From a virus (lineage: Duplodnaviria; Caudoviricetes), in the IMG/VR virus record IMGVR_UViG_3300001528_000425, positions 32,001 to 96,000 of that record: a stretch of 64,000 bases of DNA; one strand, given 5' to 3'. The notes beneath the pieces were generated by a model. That model ran no database searches. It was not told the origin of the DNA and was given only the letters and a program-made list of their open reading frames with translations. This document shows, one piece after another, positions 19,544 through 28,916 of the stretch (positions within the stretch are counted from its first letter, which is position 1; each line of letters starts with the position of its first letter). The translations under genes and the position numbers were made by a program.

Positions 19544-19552
19544 CATAAGATG
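19544..19552 (-). promoter_or_regulatory. Putative late promoter CATCTTATG
   Basis: Upstream of terminase; matches the repeated motif. Confidence 0.45.
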
Positions 19553-19580
19553 ATAACGATGACAAAAAATAAACCAGAGA

Positions 19581-19613
19581 ACGGGGAGAGGGTGGTAGCC
19601 ACCCTCTCCCCGT
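19581..19613 (-). terminator. Intrinsic terminator
   Basis: acggggagagggtgg/ccaccctctccccgt plus T-tract. Confidence 0.75.
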
Positions 19614-19619
19614 GTTCGA

Positions 19620-19856
19620 TCATGCTGTGTGCATCTTCAGTTCAGCTTGTGTACTTTTCACACGCTCAAGCAACGTGTGTAGTCCAAGCGTACTCTTGAT
19701 GAGTTCTCGCTCGGAGGCGAGCGCCAGAAGAGTGTTGTCGATCATTTCGAGCTCCGCATCGGTGTTGTGCGGATTGGCACGCATTTCAATGAGACGCAAC
19801 GCTGCTTCTTTGTTCCATGTCAGCATGTCGAGAAGTTGGTCGGTATTAGCGTTCAT
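19620..19856 (-). CDS. Small hypothetical protein
   Basis: 78 aa, aggagg RBS. Confidence 0.75.
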   Translation of the reverse strand: MNANTDQLLDMLTWNKEAALRLIEMRANPHNTDAELEMIDNTLLALASERELIKSTLGLHTLLERVKSTQAELKMHTA

Positions 19857-19869
19857 AAGGAACCTCCTA

Positions 19870-20085
19870 TCAGTTGTTCTTGTATTTTTGCATGAGACGA
19901 TCCGTCTTGTATCTGTCTATCGTAGACATGATAGCAAGAGTAAGGATGAAGAGAGCCGGAGGAAGACCAGTAATGATCCACCAACGACTTCCACCTTCAT
20001 CCAGCATATACCTTCCGAAGATCGGTAGAAAGACAAAGACAGCAAAGAACAGGATGATACGAACAGAAGCGGTGAAGTATTTCAT
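19870..20085 (-). CDS. Small two-TM membrane protein
   Basis: Two hydrophobic segments; aggag RBS; first gene after an early promoter. Confidence 0.75.
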   Translation of the reverse strand: MKYFTASVRIILFFAVFVFLPIFGRYMLDEGGSRWWIITGLPPALFILTLAIMSTIDRYKTDRLMQKYKNN

Positions 20086-20116
20086 AATTAAATCTCCTTA
20101 AGGTTAAATTGTTTTA

Positions 20117-20145
20117 TGTACTAACTTCACCTAAGTAATGTATAC
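20117..20145 (-). promoter_or_regulatory. Early promoter; 29-nt exact repeat of 17302-17330
   Basis: Identical sequence, contains TACATTAC-N5-TGAA. Confidence 0.75.
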
Positions 20146-20183
20146 ATGAAATACCTCGATCGACATAAATAAAGAAAAGAAGA

Positions 20184-20221
20184 TAGGTACTCCAGGGGGA
20201 ACGCCACCCCTGGAGTACCTA
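20184..20221 (-). terminator. Intrinsic terminator
   Basis: taggtactccagggg/cccctggagtaccta. Confidence 0.7.
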
Positions 20222-20228
20222 GTCTTAA

Positions 20229-20984
20229 TTAGTTGGAGATAGAAGCTTGGTTGATCTGTTCAACTTTCGTTTGCAGATCTTTACCGAACAACGTCAGAAT
20301 AGAACGGTGCGTGTACATACCATCCATTTCTTCTGCTGTGAACAATCCACGACTCACGATGTAGTCGCGGAATTCACTCCAAGTTGTTTTCGCTTCATTG
20401 AGCGCGTTTTCGATATCGGCGGTGTTGCCGATGGCTCCAGAACAGAGTTGTTCGAGTCTGATCCATCCGATCTTCGAAATGGTAACTCGATCTCCCGTAA
20501 GCCACAAAGCCACGCGCGGCATGGAGCAAAGACTTCCAGCGTACGTTGTCAGGTGTGCTTTACACCGACAGCATGCGGAGAGAAGAGCCCGGTACGGAGT
20601 TGCTTGTACACCGATCGCCGTTTCAGCGTCGATCGTGATATGCACTGCATCCCGTTCCGTTGCAGCATCGAGGACTGCCACATATTTCGGGGTATGGATC
20701 ACGAACTGTCCAGTCAGGATGATCCTGATCAGGGAACTGCCGTCACTCCTGATATCTCGAGACATATAGCACGGACACGGCTGCTGTGGCTGTTGCTGGT
20801 TACCAGGATCGTTGTTGGAAGGGGTGCCGCCCATCTCAACTGATCCCCAGAACGCTTCCATAGCAGCAAGAGATGCATCAGCATCTCCTTGCAAGTCCGT
20901 TACATCCGTCAGTGCTGACAGCTCTCCACCGAAGAGGTCGATGTTCATCCCCTCTTCTTGGTTTTGTTTCTGTACATCACTCAC
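20229..20984 (-). CDS. ClpP-fold protein, probably catalytically inactive (ClpR-like)
   Basis: Aligns to the upstream ClpP (GSLCSMP...LWLTGDRVTISKIGWIRLEQ...GN); His replaced by Glu; acidic N-terminal propeptide ending AME. Confidence 0.65.
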   Translation of the reverse strand: MSDVQKQNQEEGMNIDLFGGELSALTDVTDLQGDADASLAAMEAFWGSVEMGGTPSNNDPGNQQQPQQPCPCYMSRDIRSDGSSLIRIILTGQFVIHTPKYVAVLDAATERDAVHITIDAETAIGVQATPYRALLSACCRCKAHLTTYAGSLCSMPRVALWLTGDRVTISKIGWIRLEQLCSGAIGNTADIENALNEAKTTWSEFRDYIVSRGLFTAEEMDGMYTHRSILTLFGKDLQTKVEQINQASISN

Positions 20985-20993
20985 GATTGTACC

Positions 20994-21998
20994 TCACTTC
21001 TTGGGCATGCATTCGAACTCAAGTTCGTTCGGATCGCAGCACCCTTCTTCTTCCTCGCGATAATATTCCTCTTCATCGGGGATGTCGAGATCGTCGTCAT
21101 CGTCATCCTCGTGATCATCATCGTCCGATTCGTTGGACGGATTCTGGATGGTTTTGATCTCCTTGCCGTTGTCCAACTTGGTGGTCTCGTCATCCTGGGT
21201 CGTACCGATCTTGGTTTGATCATCCGCGGCTTTCTCGGGTTCCGGTTTCGGAGCCTGCGGAGAATCCGCCGGGATCACAGGTTCGGCATTCGGTTTCACC
21301 GGAACTTCCTTGGTAGCCGGCTCCGTCGGAGTAGCTTCCGGTTCCGGGCAAGGAACGACTTCCGTGCCAGCTTCGTTGTAAACGTGGAAACCTTCAGTTG
21401 CTGCAACCACGCCCACGATACGCATACGCATCTGTTCGGCGGTGATGTAGCAGTCTTCTTTGTTGTCGGTGATCTGCTTGTATTCGGCATCGGTAAGGAT
21501 ACCGGCGGTCACCATTTCACTGAGTAATTGTTTCATGTATTCCACCATGTAAGTTGCTTCTTCTTTGATTCGATCACTGTTGCCTTGAGAACCATGAGAG
21601 GTTCCATGGAACATGAACTTGCCCCATTTACCGATACGACGTTCGTGTCCATGATACCAGAGGATCGTGCCAGCGCTTGCGCACATGCCAACTGCATCCG
21701 TGATAACATGACCTTGACAACGATCCATCGCATCGACGAGAAGCATAGCCGTAAAGACCATGCCACCGGGAGTATCGAGAGCCATCTCGATGACATCTCC
21801 TTTGCGAGCATAGAACAGTTCAGACAACAGTTCGATATAGCAGGAAAGAGGTCCGATGGGACCTGCGATCTGCACCGTCACGTGACGATGGTATTCTCCT
21901 TCTTTCTCACCAGGGATCTGCTTGACCGTAATCAAGGGACCTTTGGTGGGCCAAGGAGGAGCCATCCTCTCCGGTTTGGTTGTATCGAGATATGCCAT
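20994..21998 (-). CDS. ClpP-family serine protease with Pro-rich, acidic C-terminal tail
   Basis: IAGPIG, LDTPGG, GMCASAG (Ser), FMFH (His), KEDCYITAEQ (Asp); start MAYLDTTK with aggag RBS. Confidence 0.85.
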   Translation of the reverse strand: MAYLDTTKPERMAPPWPTKGPLITVKQIPGEKEGEYHRHVTVQIAGPIGPLSCYIELLSELFYARKGDVIEMALDTPGGMVFTAMLLVDAMDRCQGHVITDAVGMCASAGTILWYHGHERRIGKWGKFMFHGTSHGSQGNSDRIKEEATYMVEYMKQLLSEMVTAGILTDAEYKQITDNKEDCYITAEQMRMRIVGVVAATEGFHVYNEAGTEVVPCPEPEATPTEPATKEVPVKPNAEPVIPADSPQAPKPEPEKAADDQTKIGTTQDDETTKLDNGKEIKTIQNPSNESDDDDHEDDDDDDLDIPDEEEYYREEEEGCCDPNELEFECMPKK

Positions 21999-22009
21999 AG
22001 ATGAACTCC

Positions 22010-22831
22010 TTACTTGTTTCCGAAGCAAGAAGCGAACACCGATACCGGGCCCTGCGGTGTGATCAGAGCTTTGGTCTTGGGATCGTAGACTCCGTTGATC
22101 GTCTCTCGGATCTTGACGGAATTGGCTTGGAAGATATCCAGGATCTGCTGATCTCGCACAACCGATTCCATGCCAACTGATGCCATGTGTTCAAAGGCAG
22201 AACGGACATCCGCCTCATCGACAGATATGCTCATGCTCTCGGTTGCTGCTGATACAGAAGGATCGGCGTAGCGAGCATTGGTTTCTCGGTAACCAGGAGT
22301 TCCTTCAGCGTCGAACGTAACCACAGCAAGCATGGATTTATAGGTAATCGGGCCATCGGTACCAGTCACTCTGGCTGCCGAACGAATGGAGAACGAGACG
22401 TCACGTTTCGGATCTTCAAATCCTTCTTCCAAATACTTACCGTAAGGACCAAACGGCACGACATCTCCATAGATGATGATAAAGTCACCACTTGCAGATT
22501 TCTTACCGTAGATACCGCAGATGTAATGAGAGATCCTGGTTCTGTCGATGTACAGAAGACGTGCAATGTCTTCTTTTTTGGTGATGAGGGGATGTCCCCA
22601 CTCACCTTCCATGTTACCTTCCGCAACACCATTTCTGAATCGACCGGATACATTGGTGATGCACCGAATGACAGACTCCTGATCGTAAGAGATGTTGTTG
22701 CGTGAGGTAATGCCGAGCACGTTCAACGGAACTCCACGGAAAACACCGTTCTTGTCCGGTTTCATGCTGCGGAGTTCTCTTCCTTCCAGCTCAGGCTGAG
22801 TGGTGATGGAGAACAGAACGTTACTGTCCAT
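22010..22831 (-). CDS. Prohead (head maturation) protease, T4 gp21/phiKZ gp175 family
   Basis: GEWGHP, ISHYI, PFGPYG, FSIRS, TFD motifs; C-terminal ATE/GME autocleavage-type sites; start MDSNVLF. Confidence 0.9.
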   Translation of the reverse strand: MDSNVLFSITTQPELEGRELRSMKPDKNGVFRGVPLNVLGITSRNNISYDQESVIRCITNVSGRFRNGVAEGNMEGEWGHPLITKKEDIARLLYIDRTRISHYICGIYGKKSASGDFIIIYGDVVPFGPYGKYLEEGFEDPKRDVSFSIRSAARVTGTDGPITYKSMLAVVTFDAEGTPGYRETNARYADPSVSAATESMSISVDEADVRSAFEHMASVGMESVVRDQQILDIFQANSVKIRETINGVYDPKTKALITPQGPVSVFASCFGNK

Positions 22832-22855
22832 ATCAACTCCTTGCAGTTGCAAATG

Positions 22856-23545
22856 TTATTGTCTCAAGATATCCTCGATGGAGCTCGGAGCGAGGTTGTG
22901 GTTGTTCGCAGCCGCGTTCACACCATCCGTGTAGTACGCTCCGATTACACGACTGGTCGTTGAAGTAGCAGCGTGTGGAACGTCAGTGAGCGGAACTTGT
23001 TGGTAATCTCCCTTCATATCGGTATTCCGGAAAGGAGTCATGATGTCGTCAGCCTTGCGAGCAAGGTGAGCGAAGATCATTTCGTAGATCGCATGATCAA
23101 CTGGAAACTTAATTCCACCGAACTTCATGATGCGGTCGAACAAGAATGATAATTCTTCGTAAGGAATCGCCTTCAAGGTCCTACCCGATTTTACGTATTC
23201 CGTATAAACCGGGAAAGTGATGAGTTGGTTCTTAACAACTTCAGTTGTCTTCAGGAGTAAGTCATTCTTCTTCAGGTGCAGTTTTACATAAGGCTCCGCA
23301 TCGATCGTGACGTTCTCGATAGAAGAAGGAACGATTTCGACATGATTAGGTGCAAACATGCCAGAGATCATTCCATCCACTTCCATGTCGAATACGCCAA
23401 GCGTTTTAACCGTAGCCTGGATCGTAAGTGCTCCATAGGATTCGTACTTCCTCGGGATGAAGATATCACAAGACTCTCCAATGAAAACAACGGGACCATT
23501 CGGCGGAGTCACACGAAACTTTTGCAATATTTCAGGGTGAAGCAT
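22856..23545 (-). CDS. Conserved phiKZ-like protein adjacent to the protease
   Basis: 229 aa, synteny with the prohead protease. Confidence 0.6.
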   Translation of the reverse strand: MLHPEILQKFRVTPPNGPVVFIGESCDIFIPRKYESYGALTIQATVKTLGVFDMEVDGMISGMFAPNHVEIVPSSIENVTIDAEPYVKLHLKKNDLLLKTTEVVKNQLITFPVYTEYVKSGRTLKAIPYEELSFLFDRIMKFGGIKFPVDHAIYEMIFAHLARKADDIMTPFRNTDMKGDYQQVPLTDVPHAATSTTSRVIGAYYTDGVNAAANNHNLAPSSIEDILRQ

Positions 23546-23559
23546 AATCCGTCCTTGGT

Positions 23560-24828
23560 TTAGGTAACAGACCCGACCAAATCCAACAATACGAATTCAG
23601 GTAAATTACTGTAATTATACCCGTCGTACAGTTTCCAGATATGGTAAGTGAGACCGTAGTTTTGCATAAGATTGTCTGTCTCTTGGTGAAGTGGAGTCTT
23701 GATGGTAGCCAGATCAGGGAACCAAGCTACCATGTGGTTGGTATACTCCACTCTGGAATAATCCAGGAATGATCGAGTTGCACGTTCCAACAAAAGACCA
23801 CCTGCTCTTTTAGGGAATTTCAACTGTCCCTTTGAGATTCGGTAGTAAGGTGGAATCAAGCTCATCCTCATTCCTGGATCATTGATCAGGATAAAGAAGT
23901 TGTTACCAGTCTTCAAGCTGGTTGCTCTATTGTGAACTGCTGTATCCACGATAGAGGTGGTGTTCCTGTGGTATTCGTATTTCGAGAGTTTTCGGTCAAG
24001 ATACTGAAGCTCGCTTGGATATCTGGTCAGATCGATACCGGCTTTCCTGTTGTTGATCAGATAGAATTCACCTGGAAGATACCATCTCCCTTCGATGACC
24101 ATAATCACGAACTTTCCGGTAAATGATTTACCAGTAGGTAGTGTAATGTCACTGAATGAAGAACCAGTACATTCCTTGAAGTGAACGAACTCTGCCCCAC
24201 CCACAGTACTGAAATCGATCAGAAGATGACCTCTCCCTGTATCGTTGCGGTTCCGCGTAAGTGTAGCCGCGTCCAACGCATAGAGCCTGTTATCCTGGAT
24301 CAAAGGAAAGCAAGTGATACCATGCACGATAGGAAGTGTATTAGACAGATTGATATCCGTCTTAGACACATCGTAGATGACGTCTTTGGCGATCCGTCTG
24401 GTAGGATAGATGTTCTCGATATACAATTTCGAGTGATCACCGTAGTTGACTTTGATCCGACTTTCGTGATCTGCCGAGATAATATCGGGAGCAGCCAATC
24501 CTTTACTTCGGATAGGAGAATCCACCAAAGTGGTACCATCTGACATAAATCTTGGAACTGCCAGATACTTCATCCGGTATTTGTCAGTCATCTCCTCAGT
24601 CAATTTAGCGGTGATTTGGTCCCACGTTTTGGCTGCACTGAAGCCCTTTTCACGTGCTAAAATAGCAGTGAAGTCCACTGGCCTTATGTCACCTTCACTC
24701 TCGAGATCCACAAGAAGATAGAGCTGTGAAGGAGATGCGTTGCGCATCCACTGCACTGGAGTTTTATAACTCAAGGTGTAGCACCCTGAATAAACTCCTC
24801 GATGTTCTACAATAGCTTTAATCTTCAT
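23560..24828 (-). CDS. Putative virion structural protein
   Basis: Beta-rich ORF; start likely MKIKAIV (aagga RBS, late motif at 24853-24861). Confidence 0.6.
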   Translation of the reverse strand: MKIKAIVEHRGVYSGCYTLSYKTPVQWMRNASPSQLYLLVDLESEGDIRPVDFTAILAREKGFSAAKTWDQITAKLTEEMTDKYRMKYLAVPRFMSDGTTLVDSPIRSKGLAAPDIISADHESRIKVNYGDHSKLYIENIYPTRRIAKDVIYDVSKTDINLSNTLPIVHGITCFPLIQDNRLYALDAATLTRNRNDTGRGHLLIDFSTVGGAEFVHFKECTGSSFSDITLPTGKSFTGKFVIMVIEGRWYLPGEFYLINNRKAGIDLTRYPSELQYLDRKLSKYEYHRNTTSIVDTAVHNRATSLKTGNNFFILINDPGMRMSLIPPYYRISKGQLKFPKRAGGLLLERATRSFLDYSRVEYTNHMVAWFPDLATIKTPLHQETDNLMQNYGLTYHIWKLYDGYNYSNLPEFVLLDLVGSVT

Positions 24829-24903
24829 GGATAGATCCTTATTAGTTTTAAGCATAAGATGGTTCGGTGGTATGGGATTACCCATACCACCGAACGCATG
24901 ATA

Positions 24904-25359
24904 TCACATCTTTCTTCCAATAAATCCGAGATATCCAGCGATGTTGTCACCGGAATACGCATTCAGGATGCGATCAACACACTGTGTGGTTTTCTTCCGA
25001 TCATAAGGAACATTGGTCAAGAAGTCACGAGCTGCTGCTCTACGAAATTCTTCCTTCTCTTCAGGGAACAACCTCCTCTCACGTGGCATCATGGGCCAGT
25101 TGCCCGAATAGGCTTTATCGTGAACAGCAACGAACGCACCTTTCCAGGTGTAGTATTGCTCATACGAGAAGTTCTCCGAGATATATCGGATCTCAATTAA
25201 CCCCACGTATGCTGAACGTTCGAAGTCGTTCGAGAACATAGGGATCTGTACATTCTCATCCGTGACGTAAGTATAACCCTGACTGCCATTGGAACACCCA
25301 CTCCCGCAAAGCAGAACCAACATCGCGATACCGATCAGCAGTGTAACGACATGTTTCAT
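24904..25359 (-). CDS. Putative secreted/lipoprotein
   Basis: Signal peptide with lipobox-like LCGSGC. Confidence 0.65.
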   Translation of the reverse strand: MKHVVTLLIGIAMLVLLCGSGCSNGSQGYTYVTDENVQIPMFSNDFERSAYVGLIEIRYISENFSYEQYYTWKGAFVAVHDKAYSGNWPMMPRERRLFPEEKEEFRRAAARDFLTNVPYDRKKTTQCVDRILNAYSGDNIAGYLGFIGRKM

Positions 25360-25362
25360 GAG

Positions 25363-26394
25363 TTACTCCAGTTCTTTTGCAATCTTGTAAGTTTCTTTGT
25401 GGAACAGTTTGTACAGAGCACGCATGACCGTGAATAGGGTCTGGGCATTGAAAACGATGCTGTCGATGTATTGATTGAACCCGTAAGACGGATCGCTGTT
25501 CATCCAGTGGTATAAGGTATCCGGCCCTGATTTGATTTCTTTTACCACCATATCTCGATTCTTCTCCCAGACGGAAATACCAGCACGCAGAATATCGACA
25601 ATGGAATCCGTTTTGAAACCGAGTTCTGACAACGATCGATCTTCTTCTTGTTTGTAGAACCCATCGATTCTCAGTTTGTTGAAACTGATGCGATAAGTGC
25701 TTTCATTGAAAGTCAGTCCCATGGTGTCGAGATGATAATCTCGAGCGAGTATTCTCATCCGGCGGAAAGCTTCGGACGCCATGTCTCTGAGTTGAGCTTT
25801 CTGTTCTTCGGTTTGTTTGCTCTGGAACATCCATACTTCGAGTTTGATCCCGGCAGTGAGTTGTCCGATCTTAACCGAAAGTTGACCGAGCCGAGTGTAG
25901 TTCGAAATGAACTGTTTGTAGCTGGCAGCATTCATGTACCAGCCCTTGAGAACTTTGGTGTCAAGTTTCTCTTGAGAGATCACGATGGGCTGCTGGATGA
26001 TGCGTTCACAAATAGCCAGCTTGTCGGATTTGAACACATCGGTGATGTTGTTCTTGAACCGAACAACACGGTCTTTCAGATCAGTCAACCAGCTCTCAAG
26101 CGCAGCGTTGTAATCAGGTGTCAGTTCTCTGGTGAATTCCTTGATCAACATCAATCTCGTGGTATCATTCAACTCTTCAAAATGATCCAATTCATTCTTG
26201 TGATGTACTTCGAGTTTCTTGAAACAAGGTTCAGCTCTGAGTGTATTCACCAGAGTGAGAGCTTGTTCACCCGTGGTAACTGCTTCAAGTGCAGTGACAA
26301 CCCCGTAAACAGCCATAAGCTGTTCTACAGGTATCTGTGAATCAGTGGAATCAATAGGTTCCACCAATAAACTTTCCATGGTGTCAATGTCCAT
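25363..26394 (-). CDS. Putative internal head (ejection) protein
   Basis: Acidic N-terminal propeptide with TME, ALE and ALE/SW cleavage-type motifs. Confidence 0.65.
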   Translation of the reverse strand: MDIDTMESLLVEPIDSTDSQIPVEQLMAVYGVVTALEAVTTGEQALTLVNTLRAEPCFKKLEVHHKNELDHFEELNDTTRLMLIKEFTRELTPDYNAALESWLTDLKDRVVRFKNNITDVFKSDKLAICERIIQQPIVISQEKLDTKVLKGWYMNAASYKQFISNYTRLGQLSVKIGQLTAGIKLEVWMFQSKQTEEQKAQLRDMASEAFRRMRILARDYHLDTMGLTFNESTYRISFNKLRIDGFYKQEEDRSLSELGFKTDSIVDILRAGISVWEKNRDMVVKEIKSGPDTLYHWMNSDPSYGFNQYIDSIVFNAQTLFTVMRALYKLFHKETYKIAKELE

Positions 26395-26549
26395 AACGTC
26401 TCCTTTGACAAAAAAGAAAGGGAATTCTCAACTTATAAGAACCCACTTTAACGTAGACACAAACGTTTCACATTTGTGATATATAGCCAAAAATGTGATG
26501 AGCATAGAGACCTGTTAAGTACTCTATGCTCATCCGTTCGTATCGATAC

Positions 26550-28916
26550 TTATGCGCCACGGATCTCGACCGGAACACCATACAGGACAGAATAAACACC
26601 AGAGTTCTCCTGGAGGAATTCCATCAGCATGGTCCGTCCCACCCATTCATCCGGAGATACAACATACGAGATGTTGAACGGATCTTGGAAGGACAGAACA
26701 TCGATCAGCGTGTTGCCGTCCAACGATTCCTTCTTGTGGATCAAGATCGGAACCGTCATGTTCGTTCCTGTAGACACACTTCGCAGCACGAAATGCGTAG
26801 GAACCGGAGCTTCTGCATCCACAGCCGAGGTTCCAACCTGATACATCGGGGGCTGAGCGGCCGTGTAGAAATTCAACATGAACTTCTCAAGGGTATCAAA
26901 GATACTCTTATCGATGTAGTATTGCTGATTTGCAGCATTATACTTGATCATGGGACGCCGATAGGGTTCGGAGTTACTTCCGAACACCAAAACATCTCCG
27001 ACCTGAGTAGAAATCAACCACGGCTCTTTATTCGCATAATTGGCGTAGTTATTGAGCTGCATGGTGATCGTCTGCTTGAATTCTTCCGTATATCCGTCAG
27101 GTGTAGTCACCATCGTCGAAACCACGAACAGTTGATTCTGTCCGAACTTAGACGATCCTCCGGTGAAACTGTTCAGAACGATCTGAACGGCAGCATCTGG
27201 CAATACCGTACTCGGACGATGGTCCTTGGTGTACGGATAATACTGGAGCTTGTAAGCACCACTGGCGGAATCCCATACGGGAACAGGAGAAAGTTTTACC
27301 AAGTTGTGGTTGACGGCTGGGATGATCTTGACCGTCTTGGTACAGCTGAGCATTCCTTTGTCCGTGCGATTTCGAAGATCTGGGAAGAGGGTTTTGTTCC
27401 TCGCAGGGAAATACTTGAACAAGAGGTTGAACTCCATACCAACATGTTCCGTGAAGATCTCGTCGAATCCGTAGCAGAAGCAACAGATGTCATCGATTGA
27501 AACATACTGGACTGTTCCATCCTCATACACCAGTTTCGGTGTCATGGATAGGGTTTTCGGGTCCTGTCCTCTACGTAAGACCCAATCTTCCGGTTTGGTT
27601 ATCTGACCGTTCAAGTCAACTTCCAATCCAACGATCGCTACTGAGGAAATGTCGTTCTGCTGGATTGTGGTAGCTTCTCTGGCAAGAAGAGTGATCGTCA
27701 TTGTTTCGATGATACGAGGAGTGTTGAGATTGTCCAACATCTCTTCGAATACAATCATGCGGATGGTTTCCCCATCCGTAAGCTGCACATCATCGACAGC
27801 AATGCAATCTTCACCCTTTAAGACTACAGGAGAAGTCAATCCAAGTGAAACCCACATATCCGAATACGGTGCTTCCCACACTTGACGTTCCAGTGTCCTG
27901 TCAGTCAACGTGAAAGCAGTGATATTCAAATCACCTTCCGTAAATGGTACGGCGAATCCCGCTTGCCACATGCTCGCATAACCTGCATCAACCGTTGAGT
28001 TGATAACGCGGACTCCGTTCAGATAAGCCATGATACGATCATCGAATTTGGCAAATCGAATGGTGGTATCCTTGCCGATGTAGTCATCGCCCGGAATAGT
28101 CCAAGTGATATAGGCTGTACCACGGTTGATCCAGATGATGATCTGGTTGACCGTGCGATCGTAATAGACGCCGAAACGTCCGTTACGATCAGCACTGTGG
28201 AAGATCGCCGATGTAGTGGACGATGGTTCCGCGGTATTGATGTTGCTCTTCAAGTTGAACGAGATCGTGCTTTCCCAATCCCTATCACCGATACCCAGAG
28301 CTTGCTCCACAAATACGTTCCAATCCTTACGGATCGAAAACGTTTTCATGATATCTCTGTCCTTAGGATCGATGGGCATGATGGGAATAGCTGTTCCGAT
28401 CGTGTGATCTGTGCTGTTCTGTCTCCGACAGATGACGAATTCGTTGCCATTGGCATCTGTCTTCACCAGTCGATAGTAGGACATCCTGGTTCCGTAGAAC
28501 ACAAGCTTCCGATCGAGCTGCAGATAGATCGTTCCATCTTCTCGGATGTCGTAGAACAACATGTAAGTATCATTCCCGTATCCGACGATTCGATTCGGAG
28601 CATCGTCGTCTGTCATCACGAATTGAGGACGAACGAGATGGGTCTTCTTGCGCTCGTCCACATAATCTACGATCCAGAGTGTGTACAGACCTTCACCGAC
28701 CTTCTCTACCACCACAGATCTGGCTGCAGGGATGATCTTGCCTTTGGCATCCGGATTAAGTCCGTCTGTATCGGGATCGTAGATCTTTTCCATCGCGACA
28801 ACATCCGGAGCCAAGTCACCGAATACGACGAGTTTCTTCAACTCGTCGATATCCGTTGCTTTGAACAAAAGTCCGTTGCTGTTATCACTCATAGACTGTA
28901 TCCCTATATTGCGCAC
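26550..28916 (-). CDS. Virion structural protein (phiKZ gp26-like position) with an inserted beta-sandwich
   Basis: 788 aa; third gene of the block divergent from the sheath. Confidence 0.65.
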   Translation of the reverse strand: MRNIGIQSMSDNSNGLLFKATDIDELKKLVVFGDLAPDVVAMEKIYDPDTDGLNPDAKGKIIPAARSVVVEKVGEGLYTLWIVDYVDERKKTHLVRPQFVMTDDDAPNRIVGYGNDTYMLFYDIREDGTIYLQLDRKLVFYGTRMSYYRLVKTDANGNEFVICRRQNSTDHTIGTAIPIMPIDPKDRDIMKTFSIRKDWNVFVEQALGIGDRDWESTISFNLKSNINTAEPSSTTSAIFHSADRNGRFGVYYDRTVNQIIIWINRGTAYITWTIPGDDYIGKDTTIRFAKFDDRIMAYLNGVRVINSTVDAGYASMWQAGFAVPFTEGDLNITAFTLTDRTLERQVWEAPYSDMWVSLGLTSPVVLKGEDCIAVDDVQLTDGETIRMIVFEEMLDNLNTPRIIETMTITLLAREATTIQQNDISSVAIVGLEVDLNGQITKPEDWVLRRGQDPKTLSMTPKLVYEDGTVQYVSIDDICCFCYGFDEIFTEHVGMEFNLLFKYFPARNKTLFPDLRNRTDKGMLSCTKTVKIIPAVNHNLVKLSPVPVWDSASGAYKLQYYPYTKDHRPSTVLPDAAVQIVLNSFTGGSSKFGQNQLFVVSTMVTTPDGYTEEFKQTITMQLNNYANYANKEPWLISTQVGDVLVFGSNSEPYRRPMIKYNAANQQYYIDKSIFDTLEKFMLNFYTAAQPPMYQVGTSAVDAEAPVPTHFVLRSVSTGTNMTVPILIHKKESLDGNTLIDVLSFQDPFNISYVVSPDEWVGRTMLMEFLQENSGVYSVLYGVPVEIRGA

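Noticed and set aside
17302-20145. 29-nt direct repeat as CRISPR repeat or att sites
   Set aside because: Only two copies 2.8 kb apart, both coinciding with the early-promoter motif; no spacers, cas or integrase
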